From NCBI GenBank assembly GCA_051819685.1, contig JBNJGI010000003.1:1-59150 (forward strand): a DNA stretch of 59,150 nt, given 5' to 3'. Within the stretch, counting starts at the first letter, position 1. Every line of letters begins with the position of its first letter. Shown piece after piece: positions 27,793 to 35,380 of the stretch. A model generated the notes under the pieces. That model searched no databases, had not been told where the DNA came from, and worked only from the letters and a program-made list of their open reading frames with translations. This DNA is from Nanobdellota archaeon. Lineage in GTDB: Archaea; Nanobdellota; Nanobdellia; Woesearchaeales; DATGWN01. The position numbers were made by a program, and so were the translations under genes.

Positions 27793-27947
27793 TAGTAGAC
27801 GACATAAGATTGTTATATTTTTATATTGCCTTGCAGAAAACCCAGAAATTTGGCTAGACTAATTCTGTCAAATTTCGTAATAGTTAAACCATTAGTGTTT
27901 AATTATCCTGCGCCATATAAAATATACTTTATTTATGTCATCTACTA
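27793..27947 (-). mobile_element. MITE-B copy B1 (full length, 155 bp)
   Basis: Ends TAGTAGACGACATAAG ... TTTATGTCATCTACTA form 15-16-bp TIRs. The interior is near-identical (reverse complement) to 43988-44141 and 45300-45454. Confidence 0.8.
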
Positions 27948-27956
27948 AAATTCACC

Positions 27957-28110
27957 AGCATTTTCATAAAAATGAGTGATATTGCGAATAATTGTTAAGT
28001 CCTTTATAAGAAATTGATTAAATTTGCGCTTCTTTAACTTGTTTGATTTCTTACAGCAAACCCAAATATTACTTCAATGTAATACCATCACTTATTTTGT
28101 TTTATGTGTA
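27957..28110 (+). mobile_element. MITE-A copy A2 (154 bp) with a perfect 8-bp TSD
   Basis: Flanked by AATTCACC at 27949-27956 and 28111-28118. TIRs are degenerate at the extreme tips. Confidence 0.8.
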
Positions 28111-28155
28111 AATTCACCAAAAAATACATAAAGGGATTATTTTCTTTTTATTTAC

Positions 28156-28229
28156 GGGCCTGTAGTATAGTCTGGACAGTACAACCGGCTTCGGACCGGT
28201 AAACCGGGGTTCAAATCCTCGCAGGCTCA
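28156..28229 (+). tRNA. tRNA-Arg (anticodon UCG)
   Basis: Manual cloverleaf. Acceptor stem GGGCCTG/CAGGCTC, D stem GTAT/GTAC, anticodon stem ACCGG/CCGGT. Anticodon loop is CTTCGGA and the T arm is CGGGG-TTCAAAT-CCTCG. Discriminator A; no encoded CCA. Confidence 0.85.
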
Positions 28230-28310
28230 TTTGTTTTTCTTATTTAGAGGATTTGAACGAAGTTGTTCAAACTGGTTTGAACTCGAAGAATCTAAAGATT
28301 CTGAAGAAAT

Positions 28311-28865
28311 TCAAGGATATATAACTACATTTTTTTTGCTATAAGTATTTGGAGAAGAAGTTGTTACAATAGTTTCTTGTCCATTTTTCGGAATCAACTT
28401 AAAAAGAAGCTTTTTACCTTCAATAATATTCTGGGTATTAAAACAAATTTGAGCGACATCACCAGGATTTATATAACCAGAAGTATAACTTGAAGAAGAG
28501 TTAAGCAAATAAGCAATATTAAATTTTCCGGAAGGAACAGAAGAAGCATCACATTCAGAAACCTCTTCGTTATATGAATAAGAATCCGAAGAATTTGTTG
28601 TCTCGAATTGTAACATTAAATTTGATAATTTAATACCATTACTCCCAGGAGTGATTTGCAGATCTATATAAAATTTATCTAATGAATCAGTAGTTCCATC
28701 ATTACCATAAATCTCTCTCACAACAAGACTAGTAGAAACTCTTTTCTTTGCTTCACCACCTGTAGCTAAAGCCTTAGATGTTAAAGAAGATGAAGTCTGT
28801 ATTAAAACTCCTGCTGCTATTGCAGCAACAAATATTGCAGCTATAAAAATAATTATAGCACCCAT
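28311..28865 (-). CDS. Archaellin/type IV pilin-like protein (archaeal flagellin N-terminal domain)
   Basis: IIFIAAIFVAAIAAGVLIQTSSSLTSKALATGGEAKKRVSTSLVV matches the conserved hydrophobic N-terminus of archaellins/pilins. With the annotated ATG there is no charged leader. Confidence 0.7.
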   Translation of the reverse strand: MGAIIIFIAAIFVAAIAAGVLIQTSSSLTSKALATGGEAKKRVSTSLVVREIYGNDGTTDSLDKFYIDLQITPGSNGIKLSNLMLQFETTNSSDSYSYNEEVSECDASSVPSGKFNIAYLLNSSSSYTSGYINPGDVAQICFNTQNIIEGKKLLFKLIPKNGQETIVTTSSPNTYSKKNVVIYP

Positions 28866-28952
28866 ACTTGACTGACTTCTTCTACATAAAACTATACTCT
28901 CACCCCTAATCTACACAATTGTACAATTTGATTTATAAATTTATTGATTTAG

Positions 28953-28980
28953 AAAAAACGTGACGATAAAAATCGTCACG
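28953..28980 (-). terminator. Hairpin plus T-run terminator-like element downstream of ORF 29084..29461
   Basis: Perfect 8-bp stem CGTGACGA/TCGTCACG (28959-28980) with a 6-nt loop. On the minus strand it is followed by TTTTTT (28953-28958). Confidence 0.5.
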
Positions 28981-29083
28981 AGAGGTGTTTGTTTTTAATT
29001 GAGAGGTTTAAAAACTATCACTTAGGAGTAAGAACTAGTTTAAATATTTTATGGTTTTGTTACAACTAAAAAGTAAATAAAAA

Positions 29084-29461
29084 TTAAGATTGACAAGTTT
29101 TGCAGGGCTTATAACCTTTTGTTAAAGCATCATTTCTTGACTTAAAAACCACTTGAGAATCTTTTTTTATGTTCTGTGCTAAAGCACAGGAAGTTTTATG
29201 GAATTTAGTTCCATTTTTAGAAGAAACAAAATAATCTTTTTTTGAAGGAGCTTTTTTAGAAGCTGTTTTTTTAGCTGTTGTCTTTTTACCACTTAAAGAT
29301 TTTTTTAATTCTTCATGTTCTTTTTTGATATTATTAAGTTCATCTCTCACACTCTCTAATTCTTTTTTGACTTTGATAAAAGCCTTTCTTATTTTCATTT
29401 CAGATAACATTGTGACTACCCCAAAATAGTGTGATGTAAACATCTTTTTAAATGTTTCCAT
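29084..29461 (-). CDS. Coiled-coil / Lys-rich linker / Ada-type zinc-binding-domain protein (putative DNA-binding)
   Basis: The C-terminus FHKTSCALAQNIKKDSQVVFKSRNDALTKGYKPCKTCQS fits the Ada-like metal-binding motif (FH..C.....F.s..eA...Gy.PCk.C). It is preceded by KKTTAKKTASKKAPSKK. Confidence 0.6.
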   Translation of the reverse strand: METFKKMFTSHYFGVVTMLSEMKIRKAFIKVKKELESVRDELNNIKKEHEELKKSLSGKKTTAKKTASKKAPSKKDYFVSSKNGTKFHKTSCALAQNIKKDSQVVFKSRNDALTKGYKPCKTCQS

Positions 29462-29519
29462 CCAAAAAGAACAAATTTTTAAATAATAAAGATATTAAAA
29501 AATACAGAGGTTATATAAA

Positions 29520-29690
29520 ATGTCTGAAAATATAGTAGTTAAAGCAAAAATAAAAAACATAACAGGTGATGTAAGCGTAAGCAGCGATTTTGCTGATAAG
29601 CTTAATGAGAAAGTTATTGCAACAATAAAAGAAGCAGTTGCAAGAGCGGAAGCTAACGGAAGAAAAACCGTTATGGCTAAGGATTTATAA
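29520..29690 (+). CDS. Histone-fold DUF1931-family small protein (56 aa)
   Basis: Below the ORF-track cut-off. MSENIVVKAKIKNITGDVSVSSDFADKLNEKVIATIKEAVARAEANGRKTVMAKDL. The ...A.ANGRKTV...DL ending matches the histone-fold/DUF1931 signature. GAGGT lies 8 nt upstream of the ATG. Confidence 0.65.
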   Translation: MSENIVVKAKIKNITGDVSVSSDFADKLNEKVIATIKEAVARAEANGRKTVMAKDL

Positions 29691-29918
29691 TTTATTTTTT
29701 ATATTATTTATTTTATTCCTTATTTTGTTTACGTCTTCATTATTTAATTTCCCTGAAGATTTTATGGCTTTAAATATAGCTTCAATTTTTTTTATATCTT
29801 TATAATAAGGGTGTGCAGGATTGATATCTTTGTTTCCTTTATAAGAATTATATTTATTTCCGGTAAAAAAGTACGCAATTTTTCTTGTACTGGCATTTTC
29901 AAAAAAATAAGAGCTCAT
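29685..29918 (-). CDS. Hypothetical 77-aa protein
   Basis: ORF track. ATGA overlap with the upstream ORF suggests translational coupling. Confidence 0.45.
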   Translation of the reverse strand: MSSYFFENASTRKIAYFFTGNKYNSYKGNKDINPAHPYYKDIKKIEAIFKAIKSSGKLNNEDVNKIRNKINNIKNKL

Positions 29919-30628
29919 TTTTTCATTCCACCAGGAGACATGTGAGGGATTGCATTTCCTTTAAGATGTTTTCCGAATAATTTTTTGTGATCTTTATTAT
30001 TAGATTCAGAATTAACATTTGCATTATTAGAACCTAAACTTTTATCTTCAAAAGGAGGAGGTGTTGGTTTATTAGGTTGTGTTGCTATATTGTTATTCTG
30101 CTGAAGATTAGCATTATTATTTGAATTATTAGCAGGCATACTTTGTGCTTGAGAATTATTCATATCAGGGTTTTCTCGAGGTTTATCACTTATAGGAGAT
30201 TTCGTCCCACCACTTAAAGGAGGAAGACTCGGATTTATTTCATCAGAAGGTATTGGAAATGAATTTTTTTTTAGTTCATCTATCTGTGACTGCATATCAT
30301 TAAGTCTATCTATTATGTTTACCATTCCATTAGCAATAGTATCATTTTGTTTGTGTATGTTTTTAACAGATTTCACTAAAGGTTTTATTTGATCGGAGAT
30401 TATGTTTTCCTCTTTCTCTTCAAATGAAGTCTTATTAGATATTTCTTTCATGACTTCAAGTAGTTTTTCAAGAGAACCGTTTACTGTCTCTAAGTTTATT
30501 GCAATCTTTTTTGCGTTTGAAGAGTCTATTAAAGGATTTGAAAGTATATCATCTACTTTCTTCACAAGCTTTTCGAATCTTGATTCAGGAACTAGCTCGT
30601 ATCCATCACCCCTTATTTTTTCACTCAT
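29915..30628 (-). CDS. Hypothetical protein: N-terminal coiled coil, Asn/Pro/Ser-rich disordered C-terminus
   Basis: The track ORF extends to ATG 30652, only 21 bp from MITE-A3. ATG 30628 (MSEKIRGDGYEL...) leaves 45 bp with TTTATAAA at 30653-30660 as a TATA candidate, so it is preferred. Confidence 0.5.
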   Translation of the reverse strand: MSEKIRGDGYELVPESRFEKLVKKVDDILSNPLIDSSNAKKIAINLETVNGSLEKLLEVMKEISNKTSFEEKEENIISDQIKPLVKSVKNIHKQNDTIANGMVNIIDRLNDMQSQIDELKKNSFPIPSDEINPSLPPLSGGTKSPISDKPRENPDMNNSQAQSMPANNSNNNANLQQNNNIATQPNKPTPPPFEDKSLGSNNANVNSESNNKDHKKLFGKHLKGNAIPHMSPGGMKK

Positions 30629-30673
30629 ATAAATAATATTGTTAATCCTCATTTATAAATTTATTCAAAATCT

Positions 30674-30827
30674 GGCACAATCAAAAAAGTGAGTGATATT
30701 GCGAACAAATGTTCGTTCCTCCGGGCGAACTTGATTGAATTTACGCTCCTGTAAGTCGTTTTACTCCTTACCGCAAATTCAAAAACTACTTCAAGGCAAT
30801 ATTATCACTCATTTTGTTGCATGTGCC
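30674..30827 (+). mobile_element. MITE-A copy A3 (154 bp, best-preserved reference copy)
   Basis: Perfect 8-bp TSD CAAAATCT (30666-30673 / 30828-30835). The TIRs are GGCACAATCAAAAAAGTGAGTGATATTGCGAA and AAGGCAATATTATCACTCATTTTGTTGCATGTGCC. Confidence 0.85.
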
Positions 30828-30914
30828 CAAAATCTATAATTTTTTGGAAATATATAACACTATAAAAAATATTTTAATAAGATTTAAAAACATGAATCCT
30901 ATCTTTTCTTTATC

Positions 30915-31601
30915 ATGATTAAAAAAGTCACTGAAAAAAACTATCTGAAAAATATAGCTATAAAACTTATTGGAATAAATGTGTTAATTTTTTTCCTACA
31001 GATTTTTATAGATGGATTGACTGAAAATTTCCTTCTTGTTTCACAAGATGTGTTTACAAGACCTTGGATTCTAATTACTTCAATGTTTCTTCATGCTGAT
31101 CCTGCTCATCTACTTTTCAATATGTATGCTTTATTGCTTTTTGGCCCTTTAATCGAACAGAAAGTAGGTTCAAAAAGATTTTTGACTGTTTTTTTAATAT
31201 CCGGAATTATGGCAGCTTTGATATCCTTGCCTTTTTATGATAGAGCTTTAGGTGCGAGTGGGGCGATAATGGGGATTATAGGTCTTACTATTATGCTTAT
31301 GCCTGATCTTCAAGTATTGCTTTTTTTTGCCATACCTATGAGTTTAAGAACTGCAGGGATTATTTTTGCTTTTATTGATATTTTTGGAATTTTTGTACCT
31401 TCAGGCGTAGCTAATATAGCCCATTTAGCAGGTCTTGGTACAGGATTGTTAGCAGGATGGTATTTTAAGAAAAAAAGAAAGAATTTCTATAATCGTTTTT
31501 CAACAAATAAAAAGAAAAATAAGAAAAGTAATCCTTCAGATGTTGTGATAGAACTTTCAGACGATGATGTTAATGATTATTTGAAAAATGGAAGATTTTA
31601 A
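30915..31601 (+). CDS. Rhomboid-family intramembrane serine protease
   Basis: Multi-TM protein with GASGAIMG (GxSG catalytic Ser) and a downstream AHLAGL catalytic-His helix. Confidence 0.85.
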   Translation: MIKKVTEKNYLKNIAIKLIGINVLIFFLQIFIDGLTENFLLVSQDVFTRPWILITSMFLHADPAHLLFNMYALLLFGPLIEQKVGSKRFLTVFLISGIMAALISLPFYDRALGASGAIMGIIGLTIMLMPDLQVLLFFAIPMSLRTAGIIFAFIDIFGIFVPSGVANIAHLAGLGTGLLAGWYFKKKRKNFYNRFSTNKKKNKKSNPSDVVIELSDDDVNDYLKNGRF

Positions 31602-32080
31602 TCTATTTTTATTCTCCTGTTTTTCGGTGTAAAATTCATGAGAATACCATCTTTAACCTTTCCACAACCTATAAAATTCCTTTTTTCATTTTCCAGATAA
31701 TAGATTATGTGATAATGATTGTTTAGTTCATTTTCAGTGATTTCTTTTATTTCTATATCTTCACCTTGTAAATATTTTGATGCTTTTTCTTTATTTAATT
31801 CCAATAATCGTTTTCTTGCATAAGGTCCAAAATACTGAGATCCCTCAATACTTAATCTCACTTCTCCAAATTTATTAATTTCAACAAGATAAGTACCTAG
31901 TATTCTGAAGTTAAGGTTAAGATCAGCTATTTCGTTAATTTTCTTATTCACGAAATAATATCGGTTCTTTTCAGTCTTGAATATTATATCTTCCGGTTTG
32001 TATTCAATGCCATAATATTCTTTTAGCATTCCAAGAAAGTTTTTTCTTAATTTGGAATTTAAAGGTATAAATTTCGCCAT
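31598..32080 (-). CDS. Hypothetical RNA-binding-like protein (pre-PUA/PUA-like, resembles accessory domains of NOL1/NOP2/Sun-type methyltransferases)
   Basis: 160 aa. The C-terminal GCGKVKDGILMNFTPKNRR resembles the G.GK...g.lkN.lPK..R ending of such domains. Weak recognition only. Confidence 0.3.
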   Translation of the reverse strand: MAKFIPLNSKLRKNFLGMLKEYYGIEYKPEDIIFKTEKNRYYFVNKKINEIADLNLNFRILGTYLVEINKFGEVRLSIEGSQYFGPYARKRLLELNKEKASKYLQGEDIEIKEITENELNNHYHIIYYLENEKRNFIGCGKVKDGILMNFTPKNRRIKID

Positions 32081-32149
32081 ATTTATTATGAAAATTAAAT
32101 GTTTTTTAATATTTCCCTTTATTGTTGCTTTTTTATAAGAATTTTAAAA

Positions 32150-32830
32150 TCAATCTATATTTGTTAATATATAAGTCTCGGGTGATTTGTCAGCTATTTT
32201 ACAAGGGCATTGCTCTATATTATAATTTTTATCCATGTATTTATGAAAGGCTTCTCTCTTATTTTCTCCTAAAAATAATAGAATAGAAACTTCAGATTTC
32301 AATAATAGCTTTCTTGTAGAAGACATTCTTTTAGGAGGATCTTTAGGGCTATCTTCCATTTCAATGAAATAATCTGAATTATCCCGGATTGAATGATGTT
32401 CAGGGTATAATGAAGCGATATGACAATCTTCTCCAGAACTTAGAAGTATTATGTCGAATTTACCTCCGACTTTTTCAAGTTCTTCCTGATAATTTTTAAT
32501 TCCTTTTTCAGGCGTGTAAGGGTGTACATTACTTTCAGGTATCTTTTTTTTATCCAACAATATTTGTAGAAAAGATTCTTTGGCTTGTCTAAAATTGCTT
32601 TTTTCATGATTTATAGGTACAATTCTTTCATCAATCATGAATATATGAACATTTTTCCATTCTATATCTTCTTTCAATAATTGCTTAAAAATGCCGTATA
32701 CACTACTTCCACCCGGTATAGCTAATACTAAACTATTTTTTGATTTTCGGGTTATTATTGATGCTGCTTTTTTTTCAAGTTCTTCTTTTTTATCTTTTAT
32801 CATCATTTTTAATAACTGAATGTCCTCCAA
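32150..32830 (-). CDS. pgl: 6-phosphogluconolactonase (glucosamine-6-P isomerase/6PGL family)
   Basis: LAIPGGSSV and MIDERIVPINHEKSNF motifs. 41-bp overlap with gnd, so the true start may be an internal Met. Confidence 0.75.
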   Translation of the reverse strand: MEDIQLLKMMIKDKKEELEKKAASIITRKSKNSLVLAIPGGSSVYGIFKQLLKEDIEWKNVHIFMIDERIVPINHEKSNFRQAKESFLQILLDKKKIPESNVHPYTPEKGIKNYQEELEKVGGKFDIILLSSGEDCHIASLYPEHHSIRDNSDYFIEMEDSPKDPPKRMSSTRKLLLKSEVSILLFLGENKREAFHKYMDKNYNIEQCPCKIADKSPETYILTNID

Positions 32831-33692
32831 ATTGATTCCTGATAGCTGATAAAAGTTTTCCTTTGAAATCAGGGTTTTTGCGCGTATTTACTCTCATTTC
32901 TCTGCTTTTTTGCAATACCTTCATTTCTGATATTTTTTCGAGAGCCTCCATTTCATCTTCAGTAGCACCTTTAGGGACTTCCCCAGATATTTTATTAAAT
33001 TCTTCTGATTGAAGGCTTTCTTTTAGCCAACCAACTAATCTGCTTTGAATTATACTACCATTAGAATATACTTTTGCAACTTCATTCAAGTCTGTATCAA
33101 AGTTCCCTTTCTGCTCTTTTATTGCATTCATTCCTTCTACTATAGCTCCCATCATACCATATTCAATTCCATTGTGAACCATTTTTACGAAATGACCTGA
33201 ACCTGTTTTTCCCATATATCCATAACCATTATTGACAGTCATATCTTTGAAGAGTTTTTCTAATGAATTAAAAACATCTTTATTGCCTCCTATCATCATA
33301 CAAGCACCATGTCTTGCTCCTGAAATTCCCCCTGAGGTACCTACATCAAGAAAATTTATCCCTTTTTTTTTCAGATATTCATATCTTTTAATAGAATCTT
33401 TATACCAAGAATTACCTCCATCTATGACCGTATCCCCTTTTTTAAGATAAGGAAGTATTTTTTCTATTATATCTCCCACGACAGAAGCAGGCACCATAAC
33501 CCATATTACTTTTTTACTAGGTAATTCCTGTATCATTTCAGATATTGTATATGCTGGAATGGCTCCTTTTCCAGAAACTTCGTCTATCGGCTTGTTTGAT
33601 CTATTGTTAGCTACCACTTCATGACCATTATCAAGAAGATTATAAACCATGTTTTTTCCCATCTTCCCAAGACCTATAAATCCTATTTTCAT
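32790..33692 (-). CDS. gnd: 6-phosphogluconate dehydrogenase (decarboxylating), short ~300-aa form
   Basis: MKIGFIGLGKMGKNMVYNLL NAD(P) motif, HNGIEYGMM, C-terminal NQFGGH. Confidence 0.85.
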   Translation of the reverse strand: MKIGFIGLGKMGKNMVYNLLDNGHEVVANNRSNKPIDEVSGKGAIPAYTISEMIQELPSKKVIWVMVPASVVGDIIEKILPYLKKGDTVIDGGNSWYKDSIKRYEYLKKKGINFLDVGTSGGISGARHGACMMIGGNKDVFNSLEKLFKDMTVNNGYGYMGKTGSGHFVKMVHNGIEYGMMGAIVEGMNAIKEQKGNFDTDLNEVAKVYSNGSIIQSRLVGWLKESLQSEEFNKISGEVPKGATEDEMEALEKISEMKVLQKSREMRVNTRKNPDFKGKLLSAIRNQFGGHSVIKNDDKR

Positions 33693-33746
33693 TTTTATTC
33701 ACATAATTAACTAATTTATGGATGCTTAAAAGATTTGTGAAATATC

Positions 33747-33894
33747 GGTATATTCATAAAAATGAGTGATATTGCGAATTAATATTTAATACGGGTGAAC
33801 TTGATTTAATTTGCACTCCTGTAAGTCGTTCCATTTCTTACCGCAAATTCAACTACTTCAAGACAATATAATCACTGATTTTATTTTATGTGCC
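33747..33894 (+). mobile_element. MITE-A copy A4 (148 bp)
   Basis: Flanked by GAAATATC (33739-33746) and GAAATATT (33895-33902), a 7/8 match. The interior is collinear with A3. Confidence 0.8.
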
Positions 33895-33949
33895 GAAATA
33901 TTTTCTTAAGTATAATCATATTTATAAGATAGTTCTATATATATGGTTT

Positions 33950-35239
33950 ATGATAAAAATTAATGAATTAAATTTATTGAAGGATTCTGATCCTGATGTT
34001 TATAATCTCATTTTGAAAGAAGTAGATAGGTTAAATAATACTATCGAACTGATAGCTTCTGAAAATGTTGTAAGTTCTGCAGTTCTTGAATCAGCAGGAA
34101 GTGTTTTGACTAATAAATATGCTGAAGGTTATCCTAAAAAGAGATATTATGGAGGATGTATAAATGTTGATGGCGTTGAAGAATTAGCGATAGAAAGATT
34201 GAAAAAACTTTTCAAGCTTGATGATAGTTATGATGTTAATGTACAACCACATTCGGGAAGCCAAGCTAATATGGCAGTTTTTATGTCTGTTCTTAAACCA
34301 GGTGATAGAATTCTTGGAATGGATCTTTCTTCAGGAGGGCATCTTACTCACGGAAGTAAAGTTAATTTTAGCGGAAAGATTTATGATTCTTTCAGTTATG
34401 GAGTGAATAAAAAAGGTATGATTGACTATGATGATCTTTTATATAGAGTTAAAATAATTAAGCCAAAAATTGTTGTTGCAGGAGCTTCTGCTTATCCAAG
34501 AATTATTAATTTTGCCAAGCTCAAAAAAATATGTGATGAAGTGGGTGCTTATCTTATGGTCGATATAGCTCATATTGCAGGTCTTGTCGCAGCCGGATTA
34601 CATCCTAGCCCTATTCCTTATGCTGATTTTGTGACTTCTACCACTCATAAGACTTTAAGAGGACCTAGAGGAGGTATTATTATTAGTAAAAAGGAATTTG
34701 TGAAAAAGATAAATTCAGCTATTTTTCCTGGAATTCAAGGAGGTCCTTTGATGCATATTATAGCTTCAAAAGCTGTTGCTTTCAAAGAGGCTTTACAGCC
34801 TGAATTTTCAGAATACCAAAAAAATATTATTAATAATGCGAAAGCAATGGCAGATGTTTTTATTGAAGAAAATGTTGATCTTGTTTCAGGAGGCACTGAT
34901 AACCATCTTATGCTTTTAGATTTAAGATCAAAAAAATTAACTGGTAAAAAAGTTGAGAAAGCTCTTGAAGAAGCAGGCATTACTACAAATAAAAATGGTG
35001 TTCCGGATGATCCACAACCTCCAAAAATCACAAGCGGGATTAGAATAGGTACACCAGCTATAACTACAAGAGGTTTTGATGTTATTACATCAAAAAAAAT
35101 AGCAAAGATTATTTCTGATATTATCAACAGCCTTTCCACTGATGAAGATATTAGTGATGAGGAGAAGGTTTTTCTTGAAAATAAAAAAGAAGAAATTTCT
35201 GATATATGTAAGGAATATCCTCTTATTAAATTTAATTAA
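33950..35239 (+). CDS. glyA: Serine hydroxymethyltransferase
   Basis: [19 protein letters not shown] and [14 protein letters not shown] (PLP-Lys) motifs. The track start GTG 33890 lies inside the MITE TIR, so ATG 33950 is preferred. Confidence 0.9.
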   Translation: MIKINELNLLKDSDPDVYNLILKEVDRLNNTIELIASENVVSSAVLESAGSVLTNKYAEGYPKKRYYGGCINVDGVEELAIERLKKLFKLDDSYDVNVQPHSGSQANMAVFMSVLKPGDRILGMDLSSGGHLTHGSKVNFSGKIYDSFSYGVNKKGMIDYDDLLYRVKIIKPKIVVAGASAYPRIINFAKLKKICDEVGAYLMVDIAHIAGLVAAGLHPSPIPYADFVTSTTHKTLRGPRGGIIISKKEFVKKINSAIFPGIQGGPLMHIIASKAVAFKEALQPEFSEYQKNIINNAKAMADVFIEENVDLVSGGTDNHLMLLDLRSKKLTGKKVEKALEEAGITTNKNGVPDDPQPPKITSGIRIGTPAITTRGFDVITSKKIAKIISDIINSLSTDEDISDEEKVFLENKKEEISDICKEYPLIKFN

Positions 35240-35380
35240 ATTATCAAAATTAGTTAGCTAAGAAAACATTTAATCTATTCTAATTTTGAGTTTACTACAA
35301 AGCAATGTAAAAATAAAAAAATCCTTATCACTAACTAGATTATCCAAAAATATATAAATGCCTTACACAAGTATTATTTT

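Noticed and set aside
28209-28305. Inverted copy of the tRNA T-arm (GTTCAAATCCTC at 28209-28220 versus GAGGATTTGAAC at 28247-28258). Palindromes also lie at 28265-28282 (GTTCAAAC-TG-GTTTGAAC) and ~28286-28301. I considered a second tRNA, a tRNA fragment or att site of an integrated element.
   Set aside because: No cloverleaf can be built on either strand. The match is inverted rather than the direct repeat expected for an att site. No integrase is nearby. These are most simply hairpins terminating the convergent tRNA and pilin transcripts.
33890-33949. GTG start of the glyA track ORF.
   Set aside because: The GTG is part of the MITE-A4 right TIR (ATGTGCC). The conserved SHMT sequence starts after ATG 33950.
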